Shown here piece after piece: positions 63,313 to 64,000 of a DNA stretch of 64,000 bases. This DNA is from Hemiscyllium ocellatum (Eukaryota). The position numbers were made by a program, and so were the translations under genes. The notes under the pieces were generated by a model that worked only from the letters and a program-made list of their open reading frames with translations, did no database searches and was not told the origin of the DNA. The stretch covers positions 167,390,018 to 167,454,017 of the forward strand of contig NC_083401.1 of assembly GCF_020745735.1 (NCBI RefSeq). Reading direction: 5' to 3'. Positions within the stretch are counted from its first letter, which is position 1; every line of letters begins with the position of its first letter.

Positions 63313-64000
63313 TAAAGAATGAAGAAGTTGTGAACTGCACTGGAGCCAGAGAGGAGACTACGATCTTGGAATCCCTCATCGGACATGTTATCCATCACGC
63401 TAAGAGTACTATGCTACACTGTGCTATTTTCTAAAGGAAGAAAAATGAAGTCGGGAAATCTCCCTGCTTAATTTCCTTTTAATCCTTGATACGCAATCAA
63501 TCCATACAAGATATTAGATAAACATACTCCTGATAGGTGCATGAGGACGAGGAGCAAAAGGGAATTCAGCCCATCAACCCTGCTTCACCTTTTAATATAA
63601 TTATGACAGATCTCATGTCTGCCTCAAATCGAATGTAAATAAATGGACGGTTTCATCCAATTTGCAACAGATTAACTGACCTCGCCATAACCCTGATATA
63701 CATATTTAAAACAAAGACAAATTAGTTATGTATAAAAGGAGGAATGGCATAAGGGAGACAACCTGTACTCACCCAGGACAATCTTTCACCTTTGCTGGAT
63801 ACTTGTTTGATTTAGTTCCTGTTGAAAAACACCACATAAACAGTTCCTTCTTCTGTCTTCCAGCCCCAGTTTGGCCAAAGTTTGTGCTGTGGAAGAAGAA
63901 AAAAAACAGAGTAAATCCCTCTGAATGGACAAGTTCCTTGAAGTTTGCAACTGAAATGCAAATATAAGAAATTATATGTAATCACAGAATCCTGCAGAAG

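Larger units (their letters stand above)
47343..63818 (-). pseudogene. Proximal block of decayed minus-strand multi-exon gene for a modular, probably extracellular protein (SEA-like and EGF-like stretches); continues beyond the window
   Basis: Exons with AG/GT(GC) ends and matching phases: 63818-63773 (1>2), 63099-62891 (2>1), 59310-59115 (1>2), 58052-57889 (2>1), 57245-57079 (1>0, GC donor), exon from 56751, 56021-55818 (1>1), 55417-55248 (1>0, GC donor), exon from 54951, 52098-51889 (1>1), 51702-51633 (1>2), 49182-49027 (2>2), 48829-48737 (2>2), 47709-47343 (2>0). Many in-frame stops. Domain identity is inference. Confidence 0.7.

Overview
Repeat-dense vertebrate genomic DNA, almost certainly from a shark or other elasmobranch (HE1-type SINEs, shark-type CR1 LINEs, shark IgM). 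Non-repeat content: (1) an open second exon of a GPR139-like class A GPCR at 18.4-19.3 kb; (2) a broken shark IgM heavy-chain cluster on the + strand (leader, VH with stop, RSS, one D segment, 3' half of CH3, CH4 plus secretory tail, TM1, TM2), with no D2, JH, CH1 or CH2 found; (3) a large decayed multi-exon gene on the - strand, reconstructed from a chain of phase-compatible splice sites from 63.8 kb to about 35.8 kb. It has SEA-like and EGF-like stretches and internally duplicated exons, and it is interleaved with the IgM pieces. A 32-bp G-rich minisatellite sits at one junction between the two loci. Mobile elements: many CR1 LINEs, a decayed Gypsy element and HE1 SINEs. There is also a set of Penelope-like (RT + GIY-YIG) insertions with hammerhead-ribozyme motifs. 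Several are fold-back palindromes with target-site duplications, the largest with 1355-bp arms and open reading frames on both arms. A decayed tRNA-Lys(CTT) gene is also present. Family assignments come from motif recognition by eye, and repeat boundaries are approximate.
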